A stretch of 64,000 nt of DNA from Eledone cirrhosa (GCA_964016885.1 OZ024740.1:174096001-174160000); one strand, 5' to 3'; numbered from the stretch's first letter, positions 24,497 through 38,631 are shown. Program-made: numbers and translations. Notes: a model not told the origin generated them from the sequence alone.

Positions 24497-25249
24497 CTAT
24501 TCTCATCTAAGTATCCAGGCAAAGCGTAGACTCTGGAAACTTATTAAAAAATAATTCAGTGGATAGAAAATAGCAAAGCGTGGACTGAATTCCTAGCCAT
24601 TGAGAAAATCACTGCGTCTGCGTCGGTGGCAAATTCAAAAAGAATCAATCACGTGACATCGAGGTCAATCAGTGGAAAGTGGTTTGCTAATAAGACAGCA
24701 GCCTGCCTGCTACCATAGCAGAAGTCATGACCAATATTGCTCGACAAATAATTTGGAGATAATTATAAAGAATTAATATCTAGTAACATATATATACATA
24801 CAGATGCATATCAATGCTAGCAAATATATAGGTTTTGTCTTAGTAACTTTGTGGTTCAATGCATGGGGTTGCAGAACAATAATATGAGAGACGTAAAATA
24901 AGAAAATTATAAAATTATATATTTGCTAGCATTGATATGCATCTGTATGTATATATATGTTACTAGATATTAATTCTTTATAATTATCTCCAAATTATTT
25001 GTCGAGCAATATTGGCCATGACTGCTGCTATGGTAGCAGGCAGGCCGCTGTCTTATTAGCAAACCACTTTCCACTGATTGACCTCGATGTCACGTGATTG
25101 ATTCTTTTTGAATTTGCCACCGACGCAGAGGCAGTGATTTTCTCAATGGCTAGGAATTCAGTCAACGCTTTGCTATTTTCTATCCACTGAATTATTTTTT
25201 AATAAGTTTCCAGAGTCCACGCTTTGCCTGGATACTTAGATGAGAATAG

Positions 25250-25331
25250 ACTTCCCTGACGACGGAATGATTCTCTGTATCTTCTTCGGAAAATATATTT
25301 ATTCCATTCCAGAAACTAATTAGTTGGAAGT
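25250..25331 (+). ncRNA. Type I hammerhead ribozyme (copy 2)
   Basis: Stem I ACTTCC/GGAAGT; CTGACGA; stem II GGAATG/CATTCC extended to a cTTCGg tetraloop; GAAA; palindromic stem III ACTAATTAGT; GTT triplet at 25323-25325. C/A mismatch at the base of stem II. Confidence 0.75.
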
Positions 25332-25376
25332 GATATTTTAGTAAGTAAGTTAATTTTATAATTTTCTTATTTTACG

Positions 25377-25452
<76 letters not shown>

Positions 25453-25454
25453 CA

Positions 25455-26460
25455 TACCTTTACAGAAGGGAACAGAATCGAAAGCTTTCTTGTAGTCCAG
25501 CCAGACTGTAGCCATATTCCTCCTAAGTTGTCGCACCTCCGACATCGCAGTTTTGTTGATTAGGAGTTGTTCAGCACATCCCCAAACCCCTTTCTTTCCA
25601 GCTGCTTGTTCATCTGTGATGATGTTATTATTTTCACAGTGATCTTGGAGGAATAGGTTCAGGCAGGCTGTATACATCTTATACATCAGGTTCTGGCATG
25701 TAATGGGTCGGTAGTTTTTTGCCAAGTGGGTGTCTTTGTTCTTGGGGACCAGTAACGTTTGTGCTAATGTCAATCATTCTGGTATAAGTGAATCTCCCTT
25801 AAGAACTTGTTGGTAGAGGTTGGTAAGATACCTCCGATAGAATATCAGTTTTTTTGTACCAGTAGCCGACAATCATGTCTCTTCCTGGTGTTTTCTTATC
25901 TTGGAGTTTTCCTATCACAGTCTCAAGAGTACCCTCAATTATTTCGTATGTTTTTGTTGTAGTGTAGGAGCAATAGTTCTTTTGAATTTCTTTTAGCCAC
26001 ACTGCATCTTGGTTGAAATTCTTCTTTTCACCCCATATTTTAAATTTCTCCAAAAGGAATCTATGTCTTTCTGGGATGGGGCCTCAGTGACACTTATTAT
26101 TTTGCCCTTCATATTTCTATAGACTGATGTTTGGTTTCGTCTGAATCTTTTATTAAGCACTTTTCTTTCATCAACCTTCAGCAGGTATCGGCATTTTTCG
26201 CTAACAGCTCTCAATTCTTGTTTGAGGGTGATCAGTTTATATTGAAAAGTTCTGGTTCTACTGTTACCAAACATAGTCTCTATTTTATTTTTCACTCTTT
26301 GTTGGTGAGGAGTGAAATTTGTTTGTTTGTTTGCATGTAAGGAGCATTGTCACATATTCTATGGTTTTTCGTAGATCAGCAATCTTTTTTTTCTATTTTA
26401 GTTATATATGGTGGTATTTTTGGTGGTGCTTTGTTCTTGTTAGTATCTCCTCTATCACCA
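25455..26460 (-). pseudogene. R4/Dong-like LINE, N-terminal RT fragment
   Basis: PGRDMIVGYWYKK, LVPK..NYRPITC, EQAAGKKG..GC.EQLLIN and WLDYKKAFDSVP across three frameshifted ORFs; truncated into (TA)n. Confidence 0.88.
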
Positions 26461-26464
26461 AGAT

Positions 26465-26643
26465 AATTGTTTCTACTTTTGGCATAAGGCCAGCAATTAC
26501 CCAGTACATTACTGGTACTTTATTTTATCGACCCCGTAAAGATGAAAGGCAAAGTTAACCTCGGCGGGATTTGAACATAGAATGGCAAGGGCCGTAACTC
26601 TATGCGTCAAAGCATGGCATCCGACCCTCTACCGATACTGCCA
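26465..26643 (-). mobile_element. SINE family A
   Basis: Reverse-complement match to family A. Confidence 0.88.
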
Positions 26644-27044
26644 GCGTTGATTTACCAAAATGTTGGGGTTTTTATCCGTCGTAAATATTCATCCCCTATT
26701 TCGTCAATAACACGCAATATTTCATTATTTGGTTAACATGTAATATTTCATTATTTGGTATGTATGTTCTTCTGGTTTTATAATTTAACAAATTTTTTCC
26801 CAATAGAGAGAGAGTCGGTTTCTAACATAGACACAAGACTCCTCTATCATTGGAATTTAAACAACATCAACTAGGTAGATTATGTATGCATGCATGTGTA
26901 GATATGGATGTTATTGTATGTGTGGGTGTGGATGTTTTGAGTTGTATGTGTGCATGTGTATATGCTTTGTATCTGTACATGTGTATATGCAGTTATTAGA
27001 TGCAGTTATTAGATGCAGTTATTAGATGCAAACTTTTGGGAATC

Positions 27045-27120
27045 TATGTATGTATGTATGTATGTATGTATGTATGTATGTATGTATGTATGTATGTATG
27101 TATGTATGTATGTATGTATA
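27045..27120. repeat. (TATG)n tetranucleotide repeat
   Basis: Direct reading. Confidence 0.95.
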
Positions 27121-27416
27121 CTAACTCTAGTACCGGACATTGCACGAGAAAGAGATAACTCAGTTAGTGGAGAGATTCTTGGAAAATAATATTTGCAACT
27201 CTCTATGAATATATTATTTGAATTGTACTATTTGATGCGCTTGAAACTCACTATTCTGGCAAACATATTTATATGATAATTGTAGGAAAAGGAGGATTAC
27301 TGGCGACAGACCAAAGAAACTAATTTAAAATGGGGTTGTGTGATATTAATATTTTCTTTAATGAGGCTACAAGGAAACACACGCGCAACACACTACACGC
27401 ACATACATAAAAAGCA

Positions 27417-27482
<66 letters not shown>

Positions 27483-30400
27483 TAGAGAGAGAGAGAGAGA
27501 AAACATATAGACGCATAACATTGAAAAAGGGAACAATTCTAGTTGATTTATCATGTCAATGAGAGAAGATCTAGATAAGCATGACTTTAAAATGTATCTT
27601 TAAAATCCGGATGAAATAATTATCAAGAGTGACGTGTCCTGCTCTGCTAAAGTCATGACACACTAATTGCTAGTCCCCTAGCCTATCCAGCTAATGATAT
27701 ATACTCTCCATACAGTATAGGTGTATATAATCCTTTTTTCGTCATTTACTGTTTTGAGTTGTTGAACTGTCACATGCTGGGATATCAACCTCAAGTCTTT
27801 TAAATGATTATATTAACCTTAGTACTTTAGTACATTAGTATATACTTTATCGATCTTGGGGTAGGATGAAAAGCAACTAGTGGCAACAGGGAGGGATCAA
27901 AATAGGTCAAAATATTTTTGTGCCAACATTGGGATTAAAGCCGGAATCTGCAGTTGGGAAGCAAACTTCTTGACCACACATTCAGTCTGAGGTCTTTGAA
28001 TTATCTACTCATCTATCTCTATTTTCCACCACTTTATTCGTTTCCCCACACATCTATTATGATATGAACCTACGTCTTTGTTTACCAATTCTTGTCAGGT
28101 TGCTCTCATGTACAACTAGTACCGTGTAATCAAGTACAACCGGCTGCATGGTCAGGTCGTCACCGACAAAACCGGCTACTCCACCAAGGAGGGTGGGTTT
28201 TTGGGACGACACCCGTAAGATGAAAAGCAAAACCCATCAAAAGGTGGAGGAATTCATGAGAGTCAATGGCTATCCACTAGTGTGTTAGGGTTTGTATATC
28301 TATGCTTGTGAAGATTGGATACGCCGGACAATGCGAAGGAAACCACCGCCTGATGGTTCAACGGGTAGAGAGGCGAACCCAAGAAAGCATTTAGGGCACA
28401 TACTGCTGGCCATCCACTGCATCTCGACTTATCTCCAGCTGTCTTGGATTTGTCTTGCCCCTCGTTACAGACAGGCCTGGACGAGAGAGTGAGTTTGACA
28501 ATTTGTGCAACCCATCTTCACTATAATTCAAATCAAAGCATGTCACGATTAAAAGTGTAGTCGTCTTCGATTCTGAAGGGCGAGAAAAAAAAATTATAAT
28601 AACAAAAAAACATGTTTATCAATTACTGCATCTGTTTGTCGTTATATTTATCATTTCTTTAATAATTAATGTCTATTAGTCTATCGGTTTTTCTAACAAA
28701 TACGTTCTCGTTTGTCAATTTGTTTTGTTTATTGATTTTTCTTAAATTATATTACACAGCTGCGAGTTGGACAAATGTGTCCTGGTCCCAGCAGATGAAA
28801 TAGCAAATGAATTGAAGAGAGGTGTTAAAAGAGCTATTGCACCTTGTGGGCGCGTTTATACAGATGAATATCTGCAACCCAATCGAACTGATTAGGCAAT
28901 TGATTCTTGGGACACCGCATCTTTCCACCACTATACAGTCAAAATAAAAAAACTTTCGGAGTCAACCTATGATACATAAACTGTTAGACAAAAATCTTCG
29001 CTCGGACGCTGATTTTACCATTTTGCTGCTCCAGAGAGTATCCCAAGTTAGAACTTACCACTTATTAACAGAAAGATTGTGATGACATCCAGTATTTTGT
29101 TGTCTCCGACTGTGTCCAAACCACATTTGATGGTATCATTGCGAGTGTCATAGCGATGAGGTTACATAAATATAATTTAATAGTGTAGGAATTTGAATGC
29201 CGAGATTACGGAACTAATAGATAAGCAAGAAATGATAAAATACTTAAGACTGTATTCAAGATTCCTGCATAATGCAACTGAAATATTATTTAGTTATAAA
29301 TATACTTTCTTTTGTTGTTTGAGGATTATTATTGTGTTTTATATCCTATTTCTTTAGTCTTTTTGAATTTTGTGTTTATTTTATATTTTATTATTATTTT
29401 TTTTTTTGTTCAAGTATTTTATCGTTTTAAATAAGTTATTATACACAGTTAATGACCGCTGCCGTAGTCATACCACAACGACGATTGTAAAAATTGCATC
29501 AGCGTAATCTAATCAAAATCTTATAATTAGAAGATAATTTAGTTAAAACGTTGAAATGTGATAAGAATGCAAAGAGTGGATTCTCTGAAGAAGAATAAAA
29601 TCAAAGTAACAAAAATATATAGCTAAAATATTTAACTAACCAAAGAAATGCTTAAATTATTGTGAAAATCTTCCTAAACTTAATAAGGAATTACAGTAAT
29701 TTAAATATGCAATACATTGAATTGATTAAATTCTGTTGATTAAAAAAATAGTTTTCATGAAACACAAATCTAATAATTTCTTTCTTAGGCTCAAATCCTA
29801 TACCTTAATCTTTCAAAAATAATTTGTGTGGAAAACGAAGTCAGCTTTATCTCAATATATCAATAATGCTAATTTTAGTACGGCTGAGGTTAAAACGATG
29901 GAATTCAAAAAATACTGAATCAGCAGTTTTTAAATTATGAGTTCGTATTTACTACATAACTCATTTAACCAAAGTGTCGAAATCAGTTAACAAGTTGTGT
30001 CTGAATGTTATCTGCGATAAGATGTAAAATGGCATGATATTCAACGTGGAAGGGATTCATCCTTCATCAATGTAATACCTTTAAACCAGAATTATAATAA
30101 GAAGAACCGTTACCTATTGGAGTTTTGAAATGTTATCACACACCAAAAAAAATAAAACTGTTTGTTTTCTTGTTACTCTCATTGAGTAAACAAACCTAGT
30201 ATGAAGGCGATCTTGTATTTTTTTAGGTGTGTACATGAGTAAAAGTATTGGAATAAGGAAGGGTATCCTGTTGTAAAACATTGTCTCGAAAGCACCCAAT
30301 TGCTAAGCATAAAGTCTACTAAGAGGCCCCGCACGACTAACCCCTCATTTGGCAGGAACCATTCCTTAAAAAGGCGTGTTGTTTTCATTGTTGATGTATC

Positions 30401-31069
30401 CAGGAATACATTAGGTTATGTGACATGTTTTAGATAGTACGATGTAATTTGAAGGGACTGAAACCACTAGAAAATTATGAGACCATTTAGAAAGTACCTT
30501 GAGTACTGTAAGTTTTTAAATGTTTTTCTTTGTTCGCTTGGCACCCAGTTCCTGGTCTGGGTTGAATGTTTACCAACATTTACCCCTCACCCACCACTTT
30601 CTGGTTCTGTCTACCTCCACGCACGTATTGACTCCACATTTCGTAGGTCAGCTGTTTGCAATCGTATCACCTTATCCTCGTAGTCGAAGCAAAGCAGTTT
30701 CTCTTACGGCCATATCACGAAATGAAATATAAAAGGAAACGATCATATTCATTAGCACCTATTTTTCTCTACGCGTTGTGACTTCTTCTACGCGTGTGTA
30801 TGTATGTATATACAGAAATTCATATATATTTTTGTACACCTCCCTACGTTGGTCAGCTCACACCTCGACACTCTCTCTGCAGTCAGCCCATCGCGGTTCA
30901 ACGCACATTCTTCAAACCTTTGCACAAATAAACGAATAAACATACACACGCACACAAGACATACACACACACACACACACACACACATGTCCACTTAAAA
31001 TATACAATGGTTACGTCCTTTTCTAAACCTCTCTAATATCTAAAATACACACTGAGCAACACTTCTCTA

Positions 31070-31265
31070 AAATGGCTGAATACACAACTGTTTTTTTCTT
31101 TCTCAAACCTTTTTCCGTTTCCTCCTCTTCTTACTCTCTATCTTTCTATTTCAGCTTTATTTTTCATTCTATCGTCTGGTGAAGGACTAGTGTCTGAAAC
31201 GTAAAGACTCTTTTCCTACTGTATCAAGCGTTAAACTTATATATTTCGTCATTGTACTGTATTGT
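31070..31265 (+). mobile_element. Diverged PLE 3' end with degenerate minimal hammerhead (31172-31207)
   Basis: CTGGTGAAGGACTAGTGTCTGAAACGTAAAGA and downstream sequence align with the reverse complement of 59105-59200. Confidence 0.6.
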
Positions 31266-31310
31266 TTTGTTGTTTCCGTTTGTTTTTTGCATATATATAT
31301 ATATATATAT

Positions 31311-31478
31311 AACGAAGGAAATGTGGTAAGGAACCAGATGGACCATAACGCACCAAAGTACTCAATACTTAGGGTAGTAGAGTGGGTAATAGGAACGAGT
31401 AGGACCCCGACGGCTGAGCTGTCCAGAATTAGCCGTCGAAACGGCTTGAGCTCAGCCGTCGGGGTCCTACTCGTTCCT
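31311..31478 (-). mobile_element. PLE pseudo-LTR fragment with inversion, in (TA)n
   Basis: 31311-31420 is the reverse complement of the 3' end of the 17244-20040 element; 31421-31478 is a direct copy of 19903-19960. Confidence 0.9.
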
Positions 31479-31585
31479 ATATATATATATATATGTGTGT
31501 GTGCGTGTGCGCGTGTGTGTGTGTATGTGTGTATGTGTGTGCGCGCATGTTATTGCGAAACGTACTCTTAGCTACACAGGCATGT

Positions 31586-31628
<43 letters not shown>

Positions 31629-32795
31629 CTTGAAACTGTTTTAGTTTCTTTTTCTGAAACAGATCTCAGAAAACATTGAACATATGTTTGAGGTAAATTT
31701 GATAAGACATATTTGAAACACGAAAAAGCTTAACAACGAATGGCCAAATTTAATAGAGAGATGAGAGTGAAAGAGATAGAGAAAGAGTTACGTTTTGTTT
31801 TGCTTCTACTTCATATTGTAATTACCTGTGAATAAATATTTAGACGTTAGCAGTAACATTTCTGATAAGAAAATAGATGGAGGATCGTTTAACGAAAACA
31901 TCTGGTTTATTTTCAGTGTGATGATGTCTGTTCTCATCATTACGTAATATAAGAAAAGTGGTTGAGATGCTGAGACATTAAAAGTCAGACTAAAATACTT
32001 ACAGATTGTAGTTTTGTCTCCCCCATTTCCGTGTTCAGATTCCAGTGAGTTACATCTTTGCCCCCTTTTTACTTAGAAAGTGAAAAAATAAAAATTGCAT
32101 CAATACAATCGATTTTATCTGTATTCCTCCTTTTGTGCATCTCGAAGTTTCTCAAGATCGACCTTACTTTTTATCTCTTCATGGTTGCTTTGAATCTCAA
32201 CGACAAGTGCTCTAATTGCTCCATAAAGGGAACGTCCTACTTATTAAATTGACTTGTAACTGGTTGAGTATTCCATCGACATGTGTATCCTTAACATAAT
32301 TCTCATGGAAATTCAGTGTAACACAGTGTCTGGTAAGACTGTCTATTGGAATTACAGTTACAGACCACCTAAATGGTGTTTTCGAACAGTTTCCTTCGAC
32401 CCAATTTAATTCATAAAACTTGGGTCAACTTGGGGCTATCGTAAAAGGTTATTGCCCAAGATACCCCACAGTGAAATCAAACCTGGGACCTTATGATGTC
32501 GAACTCAACTTCTCATGATTCGTACGAATAAGCACAGGTTATAAATGCCATGGAATTGATTCCTTTTTAAAAATAAGTAACTTTGTGGTTAATTAATATA
32601 TCAATAGTTAGTTTCATATTTTAGGTTCTTAGTCCAAATTCTTCTAATGCTAGGTTTCGATCAGTACCAGTAATATACCGCAGAGACGAAATCCACAGAA
32701 CAAGAACTCAGCCATCGGGCTCCCGAATCTTTATAATATAACCATACTCTACTACTCCAAGTATCGAGTAATCTGTTGAGTAATGGTCTAACAAG

Positions 32796-32872
<77 letters not shown>

Positions 32873-32905
32873 GTGTGCGCGCGCGCGTGTGTGTGCGTGT
32901 GCGTG

Positions 32906-32953
<48 letters not shown>

Positions 32954-32957
<4 letters not shown>

Positions 32958-33481
32958 CAAGGTTTATCAAATAAAAAAAAGTTTCAAAATAAATTCCAAA
33001 AAAAATCACTGTACTTACTATGGTTACCTTTATCGAATCGGTTTCGAGTCTCAAAAATAAATGGATAGTCCTTGCGGGTCTCCATTGAAAATATAAACTC
33101 TCGCCAGAAGGTTCTTTTCACTCGGAGAATATAAAATTCCCGAGTTCGAATTACGAACTGGCGCTATTCAAAATTGTTCCCGAGATGAGAATGAATGATG
33201 TGGAAGCAATTCAGTCCAGTGCCGTGTGCAAAAATAGAAGGCAGAGGCATGGAGGTCAGTCTACTATTACTATAAATAGCAGTAGTCAAACGACCAAATT
33301 TTATCTCGACCAGGGGGAGATTAATAATAATAAAGTATATATCCCTACACGCAAAAAGCGTCCAGGGACACATGTATTATCCAACCATATGCCAATATGG
33401 TTCAATGGCAGGTTAATAAATTAACGAGCCAGAACATATATAATCAAGGTTTAGCAAATAAGAAAAAGTTTCAAAATAAAT

Positions 33482-33483
<2 letters not shown>
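32954..33483 (-). mobile_element. Second non-coding hammerhead-bearing element, 487-bp unit plus 43-bp partial repeat, in (TA)n
   Basis: TAATCAAGGTTTA.CAAATAA.AAAAAGTTTCAAAATAAAT occurs at 32954 and 33441; (TA)n on both sides. Confidence 0.75.
33027..33111 (-). ncRNA. Degenerate type I hammerhead ribozyme
   Basis: Minus strand: CCTT-CTGGCGA-GAGTTT...(AATGGA/TCCATT stem, CC-GCAA-GG loop)...AGACTC-GAAA-CCGATTCG-ATA-AAGG. Two deviations from the canonical fold. Confidence 0.6.
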
Positions 33484-33541
<58 letters not shown>

Positions 33542-34299
33542 ATGCTCCAATTGTGACCATCTAATCTCTTTTTACAAAACGTGAGCATTCATCCACTTGT
33601 TCTACACCGCCTCAAATGTAATTACCTCTGCCCTCATTTTTACGTTGTTCCAACTGTGAGTATCATGCCTGTTTTAATCGTGCTCGATTTGTAAATCATT
33701 TGTATCTGTTTTTCACCTTTCAATTGCATTTCCATCTAAATTCACTTTATTTCAATTTATTTTCAACATATTGTGTTTTTATTAATGATGTTCCCACCAA
33801 TAGTGGTTTCTTACACAGGCATATTGTCAAAAACTTAGTAGGAAGGAAGAGTCGATTAAATTAACCATCACTTGGTTGGTATTTATTTTATGGACTCCAG
33901 CGGGATAAAAGACACCTATAATGACATAGGAAGACGTCCCATAACTATAACATCCTCTCTACTTTTGTCTCTTCCTCTTAGTTTTTAGTGTTTGTTGTCA
34001 ATCACTTTAACAAAGATACGCTCTATTATTAACATTTTCACTAACCCGCTTATCCCATTCTCTTTTATTCGTTGTCCTTTCTTTCTCTAAGGCGTTCTCT
34101 CTATGTTTTTCTTTCAACTTCCTATTTCTATACATGTTATTCATAGTTTATTTTCTAAAACTCAAATTAGATAATCAATGCTCAGACTTTCAAAATATTT
34201 ACGCATTATTCTACTTTACAATTGCATTACTATTTAAATTTCCGTTTTCTGTAGCTTAACATTGTTTTATTATTAATGAAATTCCTATCAATAATGGCA

Positions 34300-34356
34300 T
34301 AGAAATGACATCCTATGCTAGAAATGACATCCTACGCTAGAAATGACATCCTATGC
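34300..34356. repeat. 19-bp tandem repeat x3 (TAGAAATGACATCCTAYGC)
   Basis: Direct reading. Confidence 0.9.
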
Positions 34357-34445
34357 GTACAGCCTGCTCCGTTGCCAAAGCATGATCTGGGAGCAACAGC
34401 AACTGATGAGCAGTTCATATGGAATTTGAGATTGGACCAAGTGTT

Positions 34446-35275
34446 TCAAAGTCACCCTCCTCACCAAGAAACCTTGGTGGGGTTGCCAGTTTAGTCGCCA
34501 ATGACCCGACCACGAGACAGGTTGTACTGGGATACATGTTACCAGTAGCACCAACTGGTGTCCTGACATACATATATACATACATACATATATACATACA
34601 TATATAGATACATACATATATACATATATACATATATATATATATATACATACATATATATATACATGGTGGCTGCCAACTCGTTTTCGAGTACGGCCAC
34701 TACTTTATATCCATGTAGGAGAACCCCTACCGATGCGCTGAACGAGTGTGACTTTTCAGTCCAGCCAGCGACTTGAAAACTCTGGTACAAACACCACACC
34801 TGTGACAATTATTGACACATAGTGCTGGGCCCATGGTACCATGTGATGACAAGTGCAGAGAGATCTCCAGATATAAAGCAATGCCTGTGCCGTGAAGCTT
34901 TTATAGTGAGCAAAGGCACTGCACAAAGCCAGATCCACTCCCTTAACCAAGATGATATTTACCAAAAAGAAGGACAAGTCAACATCATTGGATACCATCA
35001 GGGCTGCAGGTGTTATATCAGAGTTTTCCTTCTTCTAGAATTCTGCCTTGACAAAGGCTAAGGTGTCATCTCTCCCGGTGATTTTGGATGGCCATTGACT
35101 CTTAAGAGCTCCTTTGCCCTTTGACAGGTTTTGTATTTAGTCCTGCAGGATGTCCAAAGTCACCCTCCTCACCAAGAAACCTTGTGGGGTTGCCAGTTTA
35201 ATCGCCAACAACCTGACCATGAGACAGGTTGTACTGGGATACATGTTACCAGTAGCACCAACTGGTGACCTGACA
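34446..35275 (-). mobile_element. Rearranged retroelement remnant: two ~120-bp direct repeats flanking a C2H2 zinc-finger fragment
   Basis: 34446-34570 resembles 35156-35275. Minus strand 34807-34727 translates CHRCGVCTRVFKSLAGLKSHTRSAHR*. Confidence 0.6.
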
Positions 35276-35507
35276 TATATACACATAGATACATACAAAC
35301 ATACATATATATATATATCATTTTGCTCAATAATAATTAACTCCGTTCTCGCACCACCAATAAGATTCAACATCGCCGAAGATGAATGAGTTGCATTACG
35401 TCGAGTGCTTTTCCTAATATTACATCATGGTTGACAATACGGAGTGACCAGTTCTATCCAGCGGCGAACCACCAAACGTATATGAATATATATATATATA
35501 TATATAT

Positions 35508-35722
35508 AACGATCGACTTTCGTCAAAATGGACCGAGAAAACAATGTTTCCATTGGTTTTTCCAATTGCTAATACTATCTATCGGTCGCAACTCCAGGTA
35601 GAAAGACCAACGTGGAATAAAGTGTCTTGCTCAAGGACATAACGCATCACCCGGTCAGGGAATCGAACTCAAAACCTCACGATTGTGAATCCGATTGTCT
35701 AACCCCTCAGCCACATGCCTTC
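35508..35722 (-). mobile_element. tRNA-derived SINE family B (CORE-like)
   Basis: Minus strand: A box GTGGCTGAGGGGTTAG, B box GAGTTCGATTCC, then TGTCCTTGAGCAAGACACTT. Second copy at 57912-58126. Confidence 0.85.
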
Positions 35723-35767
35723 AGCATATATATATATATATATATAAACAAACATATATATATATAT

Positions 35768-35861
<94 letters not shown>

Positions 35862-36141
35862 GTGTGTGTGTGTTGATGTTTGTGTGTGTGTGTGCGCACT
35901 CCTCGTAACATTATGTATGTAGTTCTATGGAATCTTATGATATATAGGTACACCAGCGCTTACATGTGTATTTAAAAATATGTCGGCTCTTCATGCTGGC
36001 ACTGATGTCAATTTTCCACACAGAAATAGATATAACAACAGACGATGATAACACACGTGCATATAGATAAACATCTATGAATATATATAATACACCCACA
36101 TATATTCATTATATATATATATAATACACCTACATATATTC

Positions 36142-36180
<39 letters not shown>

Positions 36181-38631
36181 CACCTACATATATTCATTAT
36201 ATATATATAATACACCTACATATATTCATTATATATATATATATAATACACCTACATATATTCATTATATATATATATATAATACACCCACATATATTCA
36301 TTATATATATATAATACACCTACATATATTCATTATATATATATATATATAATACACCCACATATATTCATTATATATATATATATAATACACCTACATA
36401 GATTCATTATATATATATATAATACACCCACATATATTCATTATATATATATATATAATACACCTACATATATTCATTATATATATATATATAATACACC
36501 TACATATATTAATTATATATATATATAATACACCTACATATATTCATTATATATATATATATAATACACCTACATATATTAATTATATATATATATAATA
36601 CACCTACATATATTCATTATATATATATATATAATACACCTACATATATTAATAATATATATATATAATACACCCACATATATTCATTATATATATATAT
36701 AATACACCTACATATATTCATTATATATATATATAATACACCTACATATATTCATTATATATATATATATAATACACCTACATATATTCATTATATATAT
36801 ATATAATGCACCTACATATATTCATTATATATATATATATAATACACCCACATATATTCATTATATATATATATATATAGATAATACACCCACATATATT
36901 CATTATATATATATATAATACACCTACATATATTCATTATATATATATAATACACCCACATATATTCATTATATATATATATATATAGATAATACACCCA
37001 CATATATTCATTATATATATATATAATACACCTACATATATTCATTATATATATATAATACACCCACATATATTCATTATATATATATATAATATACACC
37101 TACATATATTCATTATATATATATATATATAATACACCCATATATATTCATTATATATATATATAATACACCTACATATATTCATTATATATATATATAT
37201 ATATAATACACCCACATATATTCATTATATATACACCTACATATATTCATTATATATATATATATAATACACCCACATATATTCATTATATATATATATA
37301 TATAATACACCCACATATATTCATTATATATATATAAAATACACCTACATATATTCATTATATATATATATATAATACACCCACATATATTCATTATATA
37401 TATATATAATATACACCTACATATATTCATTATATATATATATATAATACACCCACATATATTCATTATATATATATATATATATAATACACCTACATAT
37501 ATTCATTATATATATATATATAATACACTTACATAGATTCATTATATATATATATATATATATATATAATACACCTACATATATTCATTATATATATATA
37601 TAATACCCCTACATATATTCATTATATATATATATAATATGCACCTACACATATTCATTATATATATATATATAATACACCCACATATATTCATTATATA
37701 TATATATAATACACCCACATATATTCATTATATATATATATATAATACACCTACATATATTCATTATATATATATATATATAATGCACCTACATATTTTC
37801 ATTATATATATATATAATAAACCTACATATATTCATTATATATATATATATAATACACCTACATATATTCATTATATATATATATATAATACACCTACAT
37901 ATATTCATTATATATATATATAATACACCTACATATATTCATTATATATATATATATATAATACACCTACATATATTCATTATATATATTTAATATACAC
38001 CTACATATATTCATTATATATATATATAGAATACACCTACATATATTCATTATATATATATATATAATACACCTACATATATTCATTATATATATATATA
38101 GAATACACCTACATATATTCATTATATATATATATATACTACACCTACATATATTCATTATATATATATATAATACACCTACATATATTCATTATATATA
38201 TATAATACACCTACATATATTCATTATATATATATATATAATACACCTACATATATTCATTATATATATATATATAATACACCTACATATATTCATTATA
38301 TATATATATAATATACACCCACATATATTCATTATATATATATATATATAATACACCCACATATATTCGTTATATATATATATAATACACCTACATATAT
38401 TCATTATATATATATATAATACACCCACATATATTCATTATATATATATATAATACACCTACATATATTCATTATATATATATATATAATGCACCTACAT
38501 ATTTTCATTATATATATATATAATACACCTACATATATTCATTATATATATATATATAATACACCTACATATATTCATTATATATATATATAATACACCT
38601 ACATATATTCATTATATATATATATAATGAA

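Larger units (their letters stand above)
24241..25385. mobile_element. Non-coding hammerhead-bearing element (retrozyme / PLE pseudo-LTR-like), 522-bp unit, partial tandem plus inversion
   Basis: 24241-24762 is repeated from 24763 to 24917, followed by an inverted copy at 24916-25385. Both outer ends lie in (TA)n. Confidence 0.85.

Noticed and set aside
35600-35722. tRNA gene
   Set aside because: A and B boxes are present but the sequence continues into a SINE body and recurs as diverged copies.
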